Source: Planctomycetales bacterium
Lineage (GTDB): Bacteria; 4484-113; JAFGCY01
DNA: 32,000 bases
Direction: 5' to 3'
Assembly (NCBI GenBank): GCA_022646745.1
Contig: CP060262.1
Span: 1,800,001 to 1,832,000 of the forward strand
In this document: piece by piece, positions 8,001 to 15,225 of the stretch
How the letters are laid out: each line of letters starts with the position of its first letter
Position numbering within the stretch: position 1 is the first letter of the stretch
Notes under the pieces: generated by a model
What the model saw: only the letters and a program-made list of their open reading frames with translations
Told to the model about the DNA's origin: nothing
Databases searched by the model: none
Position numbers and translations under genes: made by a program

Positions 8001-10642
8001 TTGCCATTGGCATCGAATGCCATCACCCAGCCGCTTGAGTCATTGAAGTAAGTGTTGTCCTGTGAGTCGATTGCCACACCACGGATGCCGTAGATATGTG
8101 GCTTGACATGCCAGTCAACCGAGCCATCGGAGGGATCAACCTGGTAGATGTCACCGGAGCTGGTTCCGATGCGCAGCTTGCCATCGCGGGACTCAGCGCT
8201 GATCACGTGGTTGTCCGCCAGCGGAACTGACCACTGCTCCTGCAGCTGGCTGTCATAGGCGACGAGATTCGCATCGGTGTCGCCGACCATCAGCAAACCA
8301 TCCCGGTTCAGCATCGCGATGCCCCGTGCACCGAGCATATCCTCAGTCAGTGCTGCATCAATTGAGGTCCAGCTGTACCAGCCGATGCCACTGCCGTAGA
8401 CGACGCCCCGTGCCCCGTCAATCATCGGCATTGTCAGGCCGCCCTGCGTCGGCAGGTCCAGCTGCCAGAAGGTATTCCCGCTGCCGTCGATCAGTGCGAC
8501 CTTGTCCGTGCCGACCAGCAGCGCGCGGTCCAGGGCATGGCTGTAGGTGGCACTGAGCACTGGGTCCGTCAGTCCGCTGGTCTGCCAGACCTGCGCTCCG
8601 CTGGCATCCAGGCAGACCGCGCCGCCGGCCGTGGATGGCACCAGCAGGTGGTCATCGTCAATCACGCTGATCTCGGGGGCACCGCTGATCGGCTTGTCCC
8701 AGTTCAGCCCGCCGTCCTTGTCCAGGCTGAACATCACGTTGTCAGTGGTGGCGAAGTAGATGTTGCCGGCGCTGTCAACCACGGGAATATGGTGGATCGT
8801 GCCCGGTGCCGGTGCATCGTAGGTCCACAGCACTTCCGCTCCGGCAGTGAATCCGGGCGAGGGACTGCGCCGCGTGTTCCAGGCGGTTGCCCCCGGCACG
8901 GGCCAGCTCGAGTGGAAGATGTGCACCGCCGCACTTGTGCTGTCCTGGAATCCGTTGTTGTCAGTCACCCGCAGCCTGACGCGGTAGCTGCCGGGGCTGT
9001 TGAACTGGTGCGTCAGCGTATCCTCGCTGCCCTGCTGGTCATAGCTGCCGTCACCGTCAAAGTCCCATTCATACAGTTCGATTGTGCCGTCAGGGTCCAT
9101 GCTGGCACTGCCGTCAAGCTGGACCAGGGCGCCGGCAAAGCCGTCGCTCTCGGGATACGCAAGGACCGCAACCGGTGGTTCTCCGGATGCCGCAACACTG
9201 ATCTGCAGCTCATCGGTGTCAACTGCCCCGTTGTCATCAATCACCCGGAAACGGGCGGTGAACTCCCCGGGCTGCATGTAGACATGCACATACGGCGTGA
9301 TCGGGTCGGGGCCGGAGATGTCGTAGAAGCCGTCACCGTCATAGTCAAGCGCATAATCCACGATGTAGCCGTCAGGGTCCGAAGCCGTGCTGCTGAAGCC
9401 GACGGACAGCGGCGCATCACCGGAAAGCACATCTGCCGCGGCTGCGACCTGTGGCGGCTGGTTGTCAGTTACCAGCACGCAGCAGGCTGCCAGCCGAACC
9501 GCCTGCTGGTCCGCCGTACGCGAGAGGATGCCGGGACGCATGAAGCCTGCTGGCTGAGCCACGGTCGTGAAGCTGCCCAGCACCTGTCCGGTCTGCTCGA
9601 AGCTGCCGTCACCGTTGCCATCGAGGTCATAGCTCTCCGCTCCGACCACATCAACATCCAGTAGCGTATCGGTCTTTGGCTCATTTGAGTCCGGCAGCAG
9701 CAGTGGAATGGAGGCGGTACCGATGCCGGGCTCAAACTGCAGCACATCACTAAGCAGGCCCTGATTGCCAGCGAAGTCGACGGCTGTCAGGGCAGCCCAG
9801 CCACCGCCGGGCATTTCCAGCTGGCAGAGCGGGCCGGCAAACAGGAACTCGTGCAGGGTCACACCCGGGTCCCCCGTCCCGCTGAACTGGCTGGACGATG
9901 TATAGAGCCGGTAACCGGCGATCGAGGGATCCGCAAGCCTTGTCCAGCCTGCCAGGATGCCGCCGGCAGCCGGCTGCACGAAGAAGTCCTCCACCGCATC
10001 GGGCGAAGTGAAGTCCTCAGTATCAAGCATGTTGACGGAACAGTTGACCACATCCAGCCGAGCGCCCTGGCTGGCAACCACGGCGACGAATGTGTTGCCA
10101 AGCGAACTCGTGTAGTCTGTGGCATTGTCGAACAGCGGAATGCGCAGCTGGCTGTCGTGGATCGGGCCGAACCAGTCCCAGCGGCCTGTGGTGTAGTTCG
10201 CCAGCCCGACCGAATAGCTGCTGGCCTTGCCTTTCGAGTCCTCCAGCGGATTGATGTCAAGGCTCACTACCGCCGGGCTGCCACCATGGTTGTCAATCCG
10301 GTAGATGCACGATGCACTGGAATCTGCGGATGCGCCGCCGGTAAGCCTGGCTGCAATGCCCATCCGTATCACATCACCACTGCGCCGGAACCAGTCAAAT
10401 CCAAGTACGACTTCAGACTGGTCATTGATTGCCAACGGACTGCGCTGGTTGAACTGTGATTGCGGATCCAGTTCCCAGGCATGCGGCCTGTCCTGCGGAA
10501 TCACGGTAAACGGGTCAGGGCTTGCGGCTAATGTTCCAGCCGGCTCAAGGCCGGATTGCTGGCCGAACTGTCCGCCCCCACAGGATATGCAAATCATTGC
10601 AAGCAAGACGGTTGAGCTGAGCAATGAAAGTAGAGATTTCAT
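5030..10642 (-). CDS. Giant secreted surface protein (about 1870 aa): 5 PKD domains, two PQQ/BamB-like beta-propeller regions, and a C-terminal six-repeat Asp-box-like propeller
   Basis: The start is taken at MKSLLSLLSSTVLLAMICISCGGG (ATG at complement of 10640-10642), 13 codons inside the track ORF. There are five PKD signatures of the type APLSV.FDAS.S.DPDGSIV.Y.WDFDGDG. Repeats like DPDGNFLWEY / DPDGNFQWK / NGNLFF are typical of PQQ-like propellers. The C-terminus has six ~50-aa units, each with DG[YH]PA...IRA.DA.GSSW (the Asp-box S-x-D-x-G-x-x-W). Confidence 0.9.
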   Translation of the reverse strand: MKSLLSLLSSTVLLAMICISCGGGQFGQQSGLEPAGTLAASPDPFTVIPQDRPHAWELDPQSQFNQRSPLAINDQSEVVLGFDWFRRSGDVIRMGIAARLTGGASADSSASCIYRIDNHGGSPAVVSLDINPLEDSKGKASSYSVGLANYTTGRWDWFGPIHDSQLRIPLFDNATDYTSSLGNTFVAVVASQGARLDVVNCSVNMLDTEDFTSPDAVEDFFVQPAAGGILAGWTRLADPSIAGYRLYTSSSQFSGTGDPGVTLHEFLFAGPLCQLEMPGGGWAALTAVDFAGNQGLLSDVLQFEPGIGTASIPLLLPDSNEPKTDTLLDVDVVGAESYDLDGNGDGSFEQTGQVLGSFTTVAQPAGFMRPGILSRTADQQAVRLAACCVLVTDNQPPQVAAAADVLSGDAPLSVGFSSTASDPDGYIVDYALDYDGDGFYDISGPDPITPYVHVYMQPGEFTARFRVIDDNGAVDTDELQISVAASGEPPVAVLAYPESDGFAGALVQLDGSASMDPDGTIELYEWDFDGDGSYDQQGSEDTLTHQFNSPGSYRVRLRVTDNNGFQDSTSAAVHIFHSSWPVPGATAWNTRRSPSPGFTAGAEVLWTYDAPAPGTIHHIPVVDSAGNIYFATTDNVMFSLDKDGGLNWDKPISGAPEISVIDDDHLLVPSTAGGAVCLDASGAQVWQTSGLTDPVLSATYSHALDRALLVGTDKVALIDGSGNTFWQLDLPTQGGLTMPMIDGARGVVYGSGIGWYSWTSIDAALTEDMLGARGIAMLNRDGLLMVGDTDANLVAYDSQLQEQWSVPLADNHVISAESRDGKLRIGTSSGDIYQVDPSDGSVDWHVKPHIYGIRGVAIDSQDNTYFNDSSGWVMAFDANGNLFFDQDMGTGTFHGPVIGADGRVLIVMPNGMLSCIGNPPIEGTPPIAVLASDLNSGEAPLQVNFDATGSSDPDGSIVSYDYDFNTDGVWDLTDAGDTVDWTFNDAGEFTVTLRVTDNDGLQDNDSLQVTVSAANQLPVVLCTASAYSGASPLSVSFDASASYDPDGSIVEYRWDFDGDGVMDETGSSPTTGTTLSGTLRHVVVCYAYDDSGVFSTRTMEICTAPSPPGDDVWWTANGNSRGNGQSMNIADPDPDRRWYLHFSNSPRNLVITPDDVVLLNDGALLRAISQDSQELWTYPTWGPVIGPCLAVDGILTSSASDAQLEKIDFNGNFLWKSGHTAEMYTTASIGPNGNIYYSTESPARLVCHDPDGNFLWEYSTGKNYDVSQASCFDLSGNIIFPTNDFVYCVDPDGNFQWKVPSSPDVAPLVTPTGNIIVGFTHVYSYLPDGTLDWQDLFFGGVGHFGVDNAGNIIAYKNSSIRSYDPAGNQNWNFLNSFSIFHNPTVDASDSIICGTNDDARGIASSTGLSDWVYALQDDAPATYQPVIGTDGTTYLPVDGQLLALGGDGEYWPYAILTSDVTAGECILTVNFDASQSFDVDGSIVDYSWDWDGDGSYDEASGTDPTVSHDFGIGDYTVVMQVTDNDGHVHTDSLTIDCNPLLVPIDSSVNVGDYQDLELIGGMPAVAYSTAPSGSGIRFAIASQADGRAWSTPVQIVGSGTILSLQLIEADGHPAVIYSRNVVDTLRIIRADDASGSSWTSAPVDIPTGLGVVFSSGAIVDGYPALSFQDDLANRLCFIRALDAQGTSWGSVQVLDSTADTGHDTDMIIVNGNPAITYADESVGYIWYLRASSADGSSWNAPIAVAQFRSRPDLAIIDGYPAMALFNWNQLYYIRSDNADGSSWSGTEYLLGATANTYGNYPQLLDRSGLPRIYECPFTTSLQRGLDVNGSSWLPVTSGPTISRKPNAMMIGNDVAGTTTTGGMGLAICIE

Positions 10643-10729
10643 GAACTGTCCGCCATATCGGAATAAGCAAGACTGTATCAAAATCTCCTATGCACATGCA
10701 ATATGCAGCCAAATCAGTCGCCGGGTAAC

Positions 10730-10752
10730 AAAAAGGCCCGCCGGAGCGGGCC
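10730..10752 (-). terminator. Rho-independent terminator of the Cys-rich lipoprotein gene
   Basis: On the minus strand this reads GGCCCGC-TCCG-GCGGGCC followed by TTTTT. It lies between the stop at 10820 and the giant gene's start at 10642. Confidence 0.75.
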
Positions 10753-10819
10753 TCTAAGTTGTTCAGGTTCCAGCCTGCAGCCGGCTCTCACCGCCTGCAT
10801 TGCCCGAATGGCGAAGGGC

Positions 10820-11344
10820 TTAACCCTTGGTGCCGGTCTCGGTGCTGGCAGTGTCGTCCTTCTCCGTGGACTTCTCCTTGCCTTCGCAGTCACCGCAGTC
10901 CTTGCCATCGCAGTCGCCGCAGTCCTTGCCTTCCTTGCCCTCGCAGCCTTCCTTGCCCTCACAGCCTTCCTTACCGCAGCAGTCCTTCTCGCCTTCGCCG
11001 CCCATGCTGGCGTCGGTGGTCACGATGCCTTCCTTGGCCTCGGCGGCGCAATGCTCACAGGTGCCACCCTCGGCAGCAGCGCACTCAGCGCAGGCTTCCT
11101 TGGAAGCAGCCTCGGTCGCCTTGTCACCGGCACAACCGGCGCAGCTGCTGCAGCCGCCTTCAGCGGCCTCAGCGCCACAGGGGTTGGCAGCCGGGGGAGC
11201 CACACCGGTGTCGGTGCTGGCGTTGACGGTCTCGACGGCCTTGCCGTTGTCGGCGGCATCCGCGCTGTAGTTGCTGTCATTACAGCCGGCTGCCACCAGG
11301 ATGGCCGCCAGCGCAAGAAGAAGCATTGCAATTCTGAATTTCAT
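10820..11344 (-). CDS. Cysteine-rich repeat lipoprotein (candidate metal- or redox-binding)
   Basis: The start is at MKFRIAMLLLALAAILVAAGC (lipobox VAAG-C), 8 nt after a GGAG SD. The mature part has about 17 Cys in CxxC-type motifs: CSSCAGC, CAEC, CEHC and CGDC x2. It also carries tandem peptide repeats, GCEGKE x3 and KDCGDC x2, which are visible as 18-bp DNA repeats. Confidence 0.75.
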   Translation of the reverse strand: MKFRIAMLLLALAAILVAAGCNDSNYSADAADNGKAVETVNASTDTGVAPPAANPCGAEAAEGGCSSCAGCAGDKATEAASKEACAECAAAEGGTCEHCAAEAKEGIVTTDASMGGEGEKDCCGKEGCEGKEGCEGKEGKDCGDCDGKDCGDCEGKEKSTEKDDTASTETGTKG

Positions 11345-11488
11345 CGTTTGATCTCCTTGGTACTGTGCTCGCCGGCCATCAGACGGACCGGCTGCTACCG
11401 CAGCTTGAACGTGCAGACTATATAACATGGCTGCACGACCCTTGCGCAAATGATCGCAAGACACTGCTCTGACGCAAAACGGCGCGGA

Positions 11489-12217
11489 TTATTCGATTCC
11501 GGCATTTGATTCACCTGCTTCATCCTCTGGATCTTCCCTGCTGAAGCGTGATTCCAGTTCCTCGAGGATCAGCAAAAGCTCGATCCGGCGCCTGAGCATC
11601 TCCGGCAGCATGCTGATGAACACCATTCCCATCAGGATCCCGAAGCTCGGCACATAGGCAAGCTGCGGCAGCTCCAGCAGCTGCCCGATGATCACGATCC
11701 CGAGCAGCCCGTACACCGTCCAGCAGGCATATGCGTACCTGCGCAGCGGGTCACTCTTCCGCGGTGGATGGGTCAGCACGAAGCGGTTTGCGATCAGGTG
11801 CTTTGAGGCATAGTGCAGCCAGCCGCGCAGGTCCTGGCCCTGCTGCACCCAGGCCTCAAGGGAATTGTCGCGCAGGATGAGCGTGCCGTGCGGCACCTCG
11901 CGCTGGTCCATGTGGATGATCATGCGGGTGGCGAACTGCTGCACGGCCTGGCTGTCCTGCAGCAGCGGCCGGAAACTGTCCATCAGCATCCGGCTCAGGC
12001 GGCAGGCCAGCAGGTAGCACAGCCCCCAGCCGGGCAGCAGCATGGCGAGGCCGAGCAGGATTGGGTTGGGCAACCAGTCCGGTGCGGTCAGGTAGAAATC
12101 CAGCGCCAGCATCAGGTTGAAGTACAGCGCGGGCAGCAGCGAGAAGAAGAACAGCGTATAACCCAGCATCTCATGCTGCACCCGGGCCCGCTCCTTCAGT
12201 TCGTGGCCGATGTCCAT
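11489..12217 (-). CDS. 4-TM membrane protein, paralog 1 of a tandem family
   Basis: 242 aa with an ATG start. TATAAT (complement of 12227-12232) lies 9 nt upstream. The layout is 2 TM, a ~85-aa insert containing GQDLRGWL, 2 TM, then the helix MLPEMLRRRIELLLILEELESRF. Confidence 0.7.
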   Translation of the reverse strand: MDIGHELKERARVQHEMLGYTLFFFSLLPALYFNLMLALDFYLTAPDWLPNPILLGLAMLLPGWGLCYLLACRLSRMLMDSFRPLLQDSQAVQQFATRMIIHMDQREVPHGTLILRDNSLEAWVQQGQDLRGWLHYASKHLIANRFVLTHPPRKSDPLRRYAYACWTVYGLLGIVIIGQLLELPQLAYVPSFGILMGMVFISMLPEMLRRRIELLLILEELESRFSREDPEDEAGESNAGIE

Positions 12218-12268
12218 CGCGCGCTGATTATAGGGGGATGCCGAAATCTAGTGGCGTCGCCCCGTCGC

Positions 12269-13012
12269 CTAGGCCCTCAGCCTCCTGATCACTTCCTCGG
12301 GCAGCAGGTAGCGCCAGACATTGTTGCGGATAAAGTTTCCACTCAAGAAAATCAGCAACACAATTTGCATCAGGAACGGATGAGTCAGTTTCACAATATC
12401 CAAAACGACGAAAACCATGACAAATGCAACGATTGGAATCATGAAGGATGTGATTTTCGCTCCCCTTTTGGAGTCATTGTCCACAGTAAGCGATTCCAGG
12501 AATTGCATCCTGTGTCCTAACCAGTTTATCCAGTCCGCTGTTTCCATTTCAGTGCGAGCTGACTCGCTGAATTTAGTCCCGCCGAAGGTCAGGCAGCCCA
12601 GTGCCGGCATTTTCTGCAATTTCTCTTCAGGAATCTGATGTGTCATGATCTGCCAGACAGCATCGCCATCCTGAATCCGGGACTTTCCGCTGTTCTCATA
12701 TTTGGCAACCTGACCGTGAATCCATTTGTCCACCACATATCTTGCAAGGATTGCCAGACCCAGAGCGACGCAAAACAGGCCCACCTGCCATTTCCATCCG
12801 GGGGGAAGTAGTGAATAAACAGGCGGAACCAGCAGATATGGAATGGACAGTACCGCGAAAGCGGTTAACCATGTAAAGCCAAAAATCCAGGATGCGAGCA
12901 TCCGGCGTGCATAATCCGCCTGTCGTTTGAGTTGGATCAACAGGCGTTCGTGCTCTATCTGGCGAGTCGCCGTTTCCGGTACTGCGTTGCCAGAAGAATC
13001 ATGTGCACTCAA
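12269..13012 (-). CDS. 4-TM membrane protein, paralog 2 (lower G+C)
   Basis: 247 aa. The start is TTG, inside a TTGA overlap with the upstream stop. It ends ...WRYLLPEEVIRRLRA. The layout matches its neighbours: 2 TM, an insert, then 2 TM. Confidence 0.7.
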   Translation of the reverse strand: MSAHDSSGNAVPETATRQIEHERLLIQLKRQADYARRMLASWIFGFTWLTAFAVLSIPYLLVPPVYSLLPPGWKWQVGLFCVALGLAILARYVVDKWIHGQVAKYENSGKSRIQDGDAVWQIMTHQIPEEKLQKMPALGCLTFGGTKFSESARTEMETADWINWLGHRMQFLESLTVDNDSKRGAKITSFMIPIVAFVMVFVVLDIVKLTHPFLMQIVLLIFLSGNFIRNNVWRYLLPEEVIRRLRA

Positions 13013-13698
13013 GCCCTCAGTCTCCTCAGCACTTCCTCTGGCAGCAGATAGCGCAGCATCTGGGTCCGCATTTGCCCGTCAACCGAGCCGAAGGGTACTA
13101 GCATGAAAACCAGTAGCAGTGAAAAGGGTTGCAGCTCCAGGGCAATGCCACGGGCTTGCAATAGATAAAGTGATATGGATGCAGCCAGCAGAAGTATCAT
13201 TGCAACGAAGCCTCCATATGGCTGCAACCGCAGATTGGGAAGTTCCTTTTCAACACGGTGCAACTGGCCCAGCAACCACGTACTCAAATCTTGCCCGTCC
13301 TTCAGTTCCACGAACCTGTTCTTCTCCAGCGACGGTTCGCCCTGGAGATTGTCAAGGTTGATCCTCCATTCACCTGTCGTACCGGTCATGATGTTGCGCA
13401 CAGCATCGCTGCCGGCAAGATGCCTGGCCGTTTTGATTCCGATTATCCGCAGCCGATGATTCAGATACATCCAATAAACTGCTCCAGAAACAATGCCGGC
13501 CATGCAACCGGTTTCCCAGGGAATATTGGGGTCATAGGTGATGCCTGGCAGCTGCTCCTGGATATCTCCGGCAATGGAACCGGCGATCAATCCGCAGAAC
13601 ACGGCCAGTCCGGCGGCCAGGGCGAATATATAAAAGGTCATGCAGCGCCGCTCGAAGCTGATCGTCTTCTCAAGCCTGTCCGTATAGCTCCCCGTCAC
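13009..13698 (-). CDS. 4-TM membrane protein, paralog 3 (lower G+C)
   Basis: 229 aa. The GTG start is 7 nt after TAGAAT (complement of 13706-13711). It ends ...LRYLLPEEVLRRLRA. The insert contains GQDLSTWLLGQL. Confidence 0.7.
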   Translation of the reverse strand: MTGSYTDRLEKTISFERRCMTFYIFALAAGLAVFCGLIAGSIAGDIQEQLPGITYDPNIPWETGCMAGIVSGAVYWMYLNHRLRIIGIKTARHLAGSDAVRNIMTGTTGEWRINLDNLQGEPSLEKNRFVELKDGQDLSTWLLGQLHRVEKELPNLRLQPYGGFVAMILLLAASISLYLLQARGIALELQPFSLLLVFMLVPFGSVDGQMRTQMLRYLLPEEVLRRLRA

Positions 13699-13777
13699 AT
13701 CCCAGATTCTACATTGACTTCCATTGCAGCTTACATGGACATCCCGTATCTATAATGGATGCGAGGAGCAATGCACC

Positions 13778-14803
13778 ATGCACACCCGTTTATTCCTGCC
13801 TGCCATCGCGGCCCTGCTGGCCGCCCAAGCCATGACTAGCCCCGCGCGCGCTGATCAGCCGGCGGGTGATGACCCGCTGCGCATCTATGCGCTGGATGAG
13901 GAACGCAGCCTGTTCGACAGCGGCATCGTGAGCTGGGAGAGATTCATCTCCGACCTTGCCGCTGCTGACGTCGTGTTCCTCGGCGAGTACCACGACGATG
14001 ACGCCAGCCACCGCGTGCAGCTCAGGGTGCTTGACGAACTGGCCTGGCGCCACGACATGCAGCTCAGCCTGGCGATGGAACAGTTCGAGCGCGATGTGCA
14101 GCAGGTGCTTGACGCCTACCTCAGGGGCGAGATTGACGAGGAGGCCTTCCTCGCGGACAGCCGCCCCTGGCCGAACTACCCGGAGCATTACCGGCCGCTG
14201 ATCGAATACTGCCGCGAGTACGGCATCCCGGTGCGCGCCGGCAACATCCCGCGGCGCTTCGCGAGCAAGGTTGCCAAGAGCAGCCTGCCGGAGATGTACG
14301 GGGAACTGACGGAGGAGGAGCGGCCCTGGGTCGCGGGGGCCACCGTCAATGAGCACAATGCCTACTATGACAACTTCGTGAACGCGATGGGCGGGCACGG
14401 CAGCGGCATGAGCGACGAGACCTTCGCGAAGTTCTATGAGGCGCAGTGCATCAAGGATGACACGATGGCCGAGAGCATCGCCATGATCCGCGATGCCGGG
14501 CCGGACAGGCCGGTGCTGCACGTGAACGGCAGCTTCCACAGCGACTACGGGCTGGGCACGGTGGAGCGCCTCATTCAGCGCCGCCCGGCTGACAATGTGG
14601 TGGTGGTCGCGCTGCGCCCCGTCGACAGTTTCACGGGACTGATGCCCTTTGAGGACCGCGAGCTGGCGGACTACATCGTCTATGTGCCGGGCCCGCAGTG
14701 GGGAATGTGGAAGAAGGAAACGATGGCCCGCGAGGCGGCAGCCGCAGAAGCCGCGGCAGCGGAAGAAGCAGCCGCTGAAGAAGCAATGAGCAATGAAGAA
14801 TGA
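13778..14803 (+). CDS. Secreted ChaN/Tiki-superfamily protein (Cofac_haem_bdg, formerly DUF399; haem-binding or metalloprotease-like fold)
   Basis: The start is at MHTRLFLPAIAALLAAQAMTSPARA, preceded by TATAAT (13752-13757) and a GAGGAG SD. Family motifs are VVFLGEYHDDDASH, MEQFERD and LHVNGSFHSDYG. The Ala/Glu-rich tail runs into the heptamer array. Confidence 0.8.
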   Translation: MHTRLFLPAIAALLAAQAMTSPARADQPAGDDPLRIYALDEERSLFDSGIVSWERFISDLAAADVVFLGEYHDDDASHRVQLRVLDELAWRHDMQLSLAMEQFERDVQQVLDAYLRGEIDEEAFLADSRPWPNYPEHYRPLIEYCREYGIPVRAGNIPRRFASKVAKSSLPEMYGELTEEERPWVAGATVNEHNAYYDNFVNAMGGHGSGMSDETFAKFYEAQCIKDDTMAESIAMIRDAGPDRPVLHVNGSFHSDYGLGTVERLIQRRPADNVVVVALRPVDSFTGLMPFEDRELADYIVYVPGPQWGMWKKETMAREAAAAEAAAAEEAAAEEAMSNEE

Positions 14804-14939
14804 GCAATGATTTTTGAGTGATGAGAAGTGAGTAATGAGCAATGAGTTCAACTCACTGTGACGTCACCTCGTTGCCTGTCAGGCTCATTGCTCACTCTTC
14901 ATCACTCATTGCTCCTCAAACCTCCTCACTCCAAACTCC
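14784..14939. repeat. Inverted pair of degenerate heptamer tandem arrays (foldback) around a GTGACGTCAC palindrome
   Basis: The left arm has 9 in-phase units: caatgag caatgaa gaatgag caatgat ttttgag tgatgag aagtgag taatgag caatgag (14784-14846). The right arm has 8 units of the complement: ctcattg ctcactc ttcatca ctcattg ctcctca aacctcc tcactcc aaactcc (14884-14939). The centre holds the perfect 10-bp palindrome GTGACGTCAC (14858-14867). Confidence 0.8.
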
Positions 14940-15187
14940 CCCTGATTTTTCAGCCATTTTGTGAACAATGACCGATCCGGGCGGTCTATGTAGGCGGGGA
15001 AGCACAGCGCTTGGGGAAGCGCGGACGCCGAAAAACACGTCAGCGTGACAGGGGATGGAACCACATGCAAGTCCTGTGCAATTCTGCGCGCAAATCAATA
15101 TCTGCAAGTCCCTTTTCAGGATTGTCAATCAATTGCGCTTGCCAATTTGGGATTTCCAAGGTGAATCTGCAAATTTCTGAGGCTTGC

Positions 15188-15215
15188 GAAACCAACGCGA
15201 TTTTCGTCGCGTCTA
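15188..15215 (+). promoter_or_regulatory. ECF-type promoter candidate, GAAAC-N18-GTCTA
   Basis: GCGAAAC (15186-15192), then 18 nt, then GTCTA (15211-15215), then 10 nt, then ATG at 15226. The motif and spacings are identical to those upstream of ECF sigma no. 2 (19916-19943). Confidence 0.45.
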
Positions 15216-15225
15216 CTTGGCTGTG

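Noticed and set aside
5030-10642. The giant protein as a target of a diversity-generating retroelement, or as an RHS/toxin delivery protein.
   Set aside because: The window has no reverse transcriptase and no template/variable repeat pair. The protein has no RHS/YD repeats and no C-terminal toxin-like module. The internal repeats are ordinary PKD and propeller units.
10703-11425. A 240-aa Ala/Leu-rich ORF on the plus strand, and other ORFs overlapping the Cys-rich lipoprotein gene.
   Set aside because: They lie antisense to a gene that has an SD, a lipobox signal peptide and a terminator. Their repetitive composition simply mirrors the 18-bp coding repeats.
13790-14851. Long ORFs antisense to, or out of frame with, well-supported genes: 13790..14851(-), 2478..3425(+), 2959..3456(+, the part upstream of rsmG), 8537..9664(+), 20704..21921(-), 24879..26075(-), 29121..29999(-), 30175..31140(+).
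   Set aside because: These are typical shadow ORFs of G+C-rich DNA. Their translations are Arg/Ala/Pro/Gly/His-rich and have no motifs. The opposite strand or another frame encodes a protein with clear family signatures or a sensible signal peptide and TM layout.
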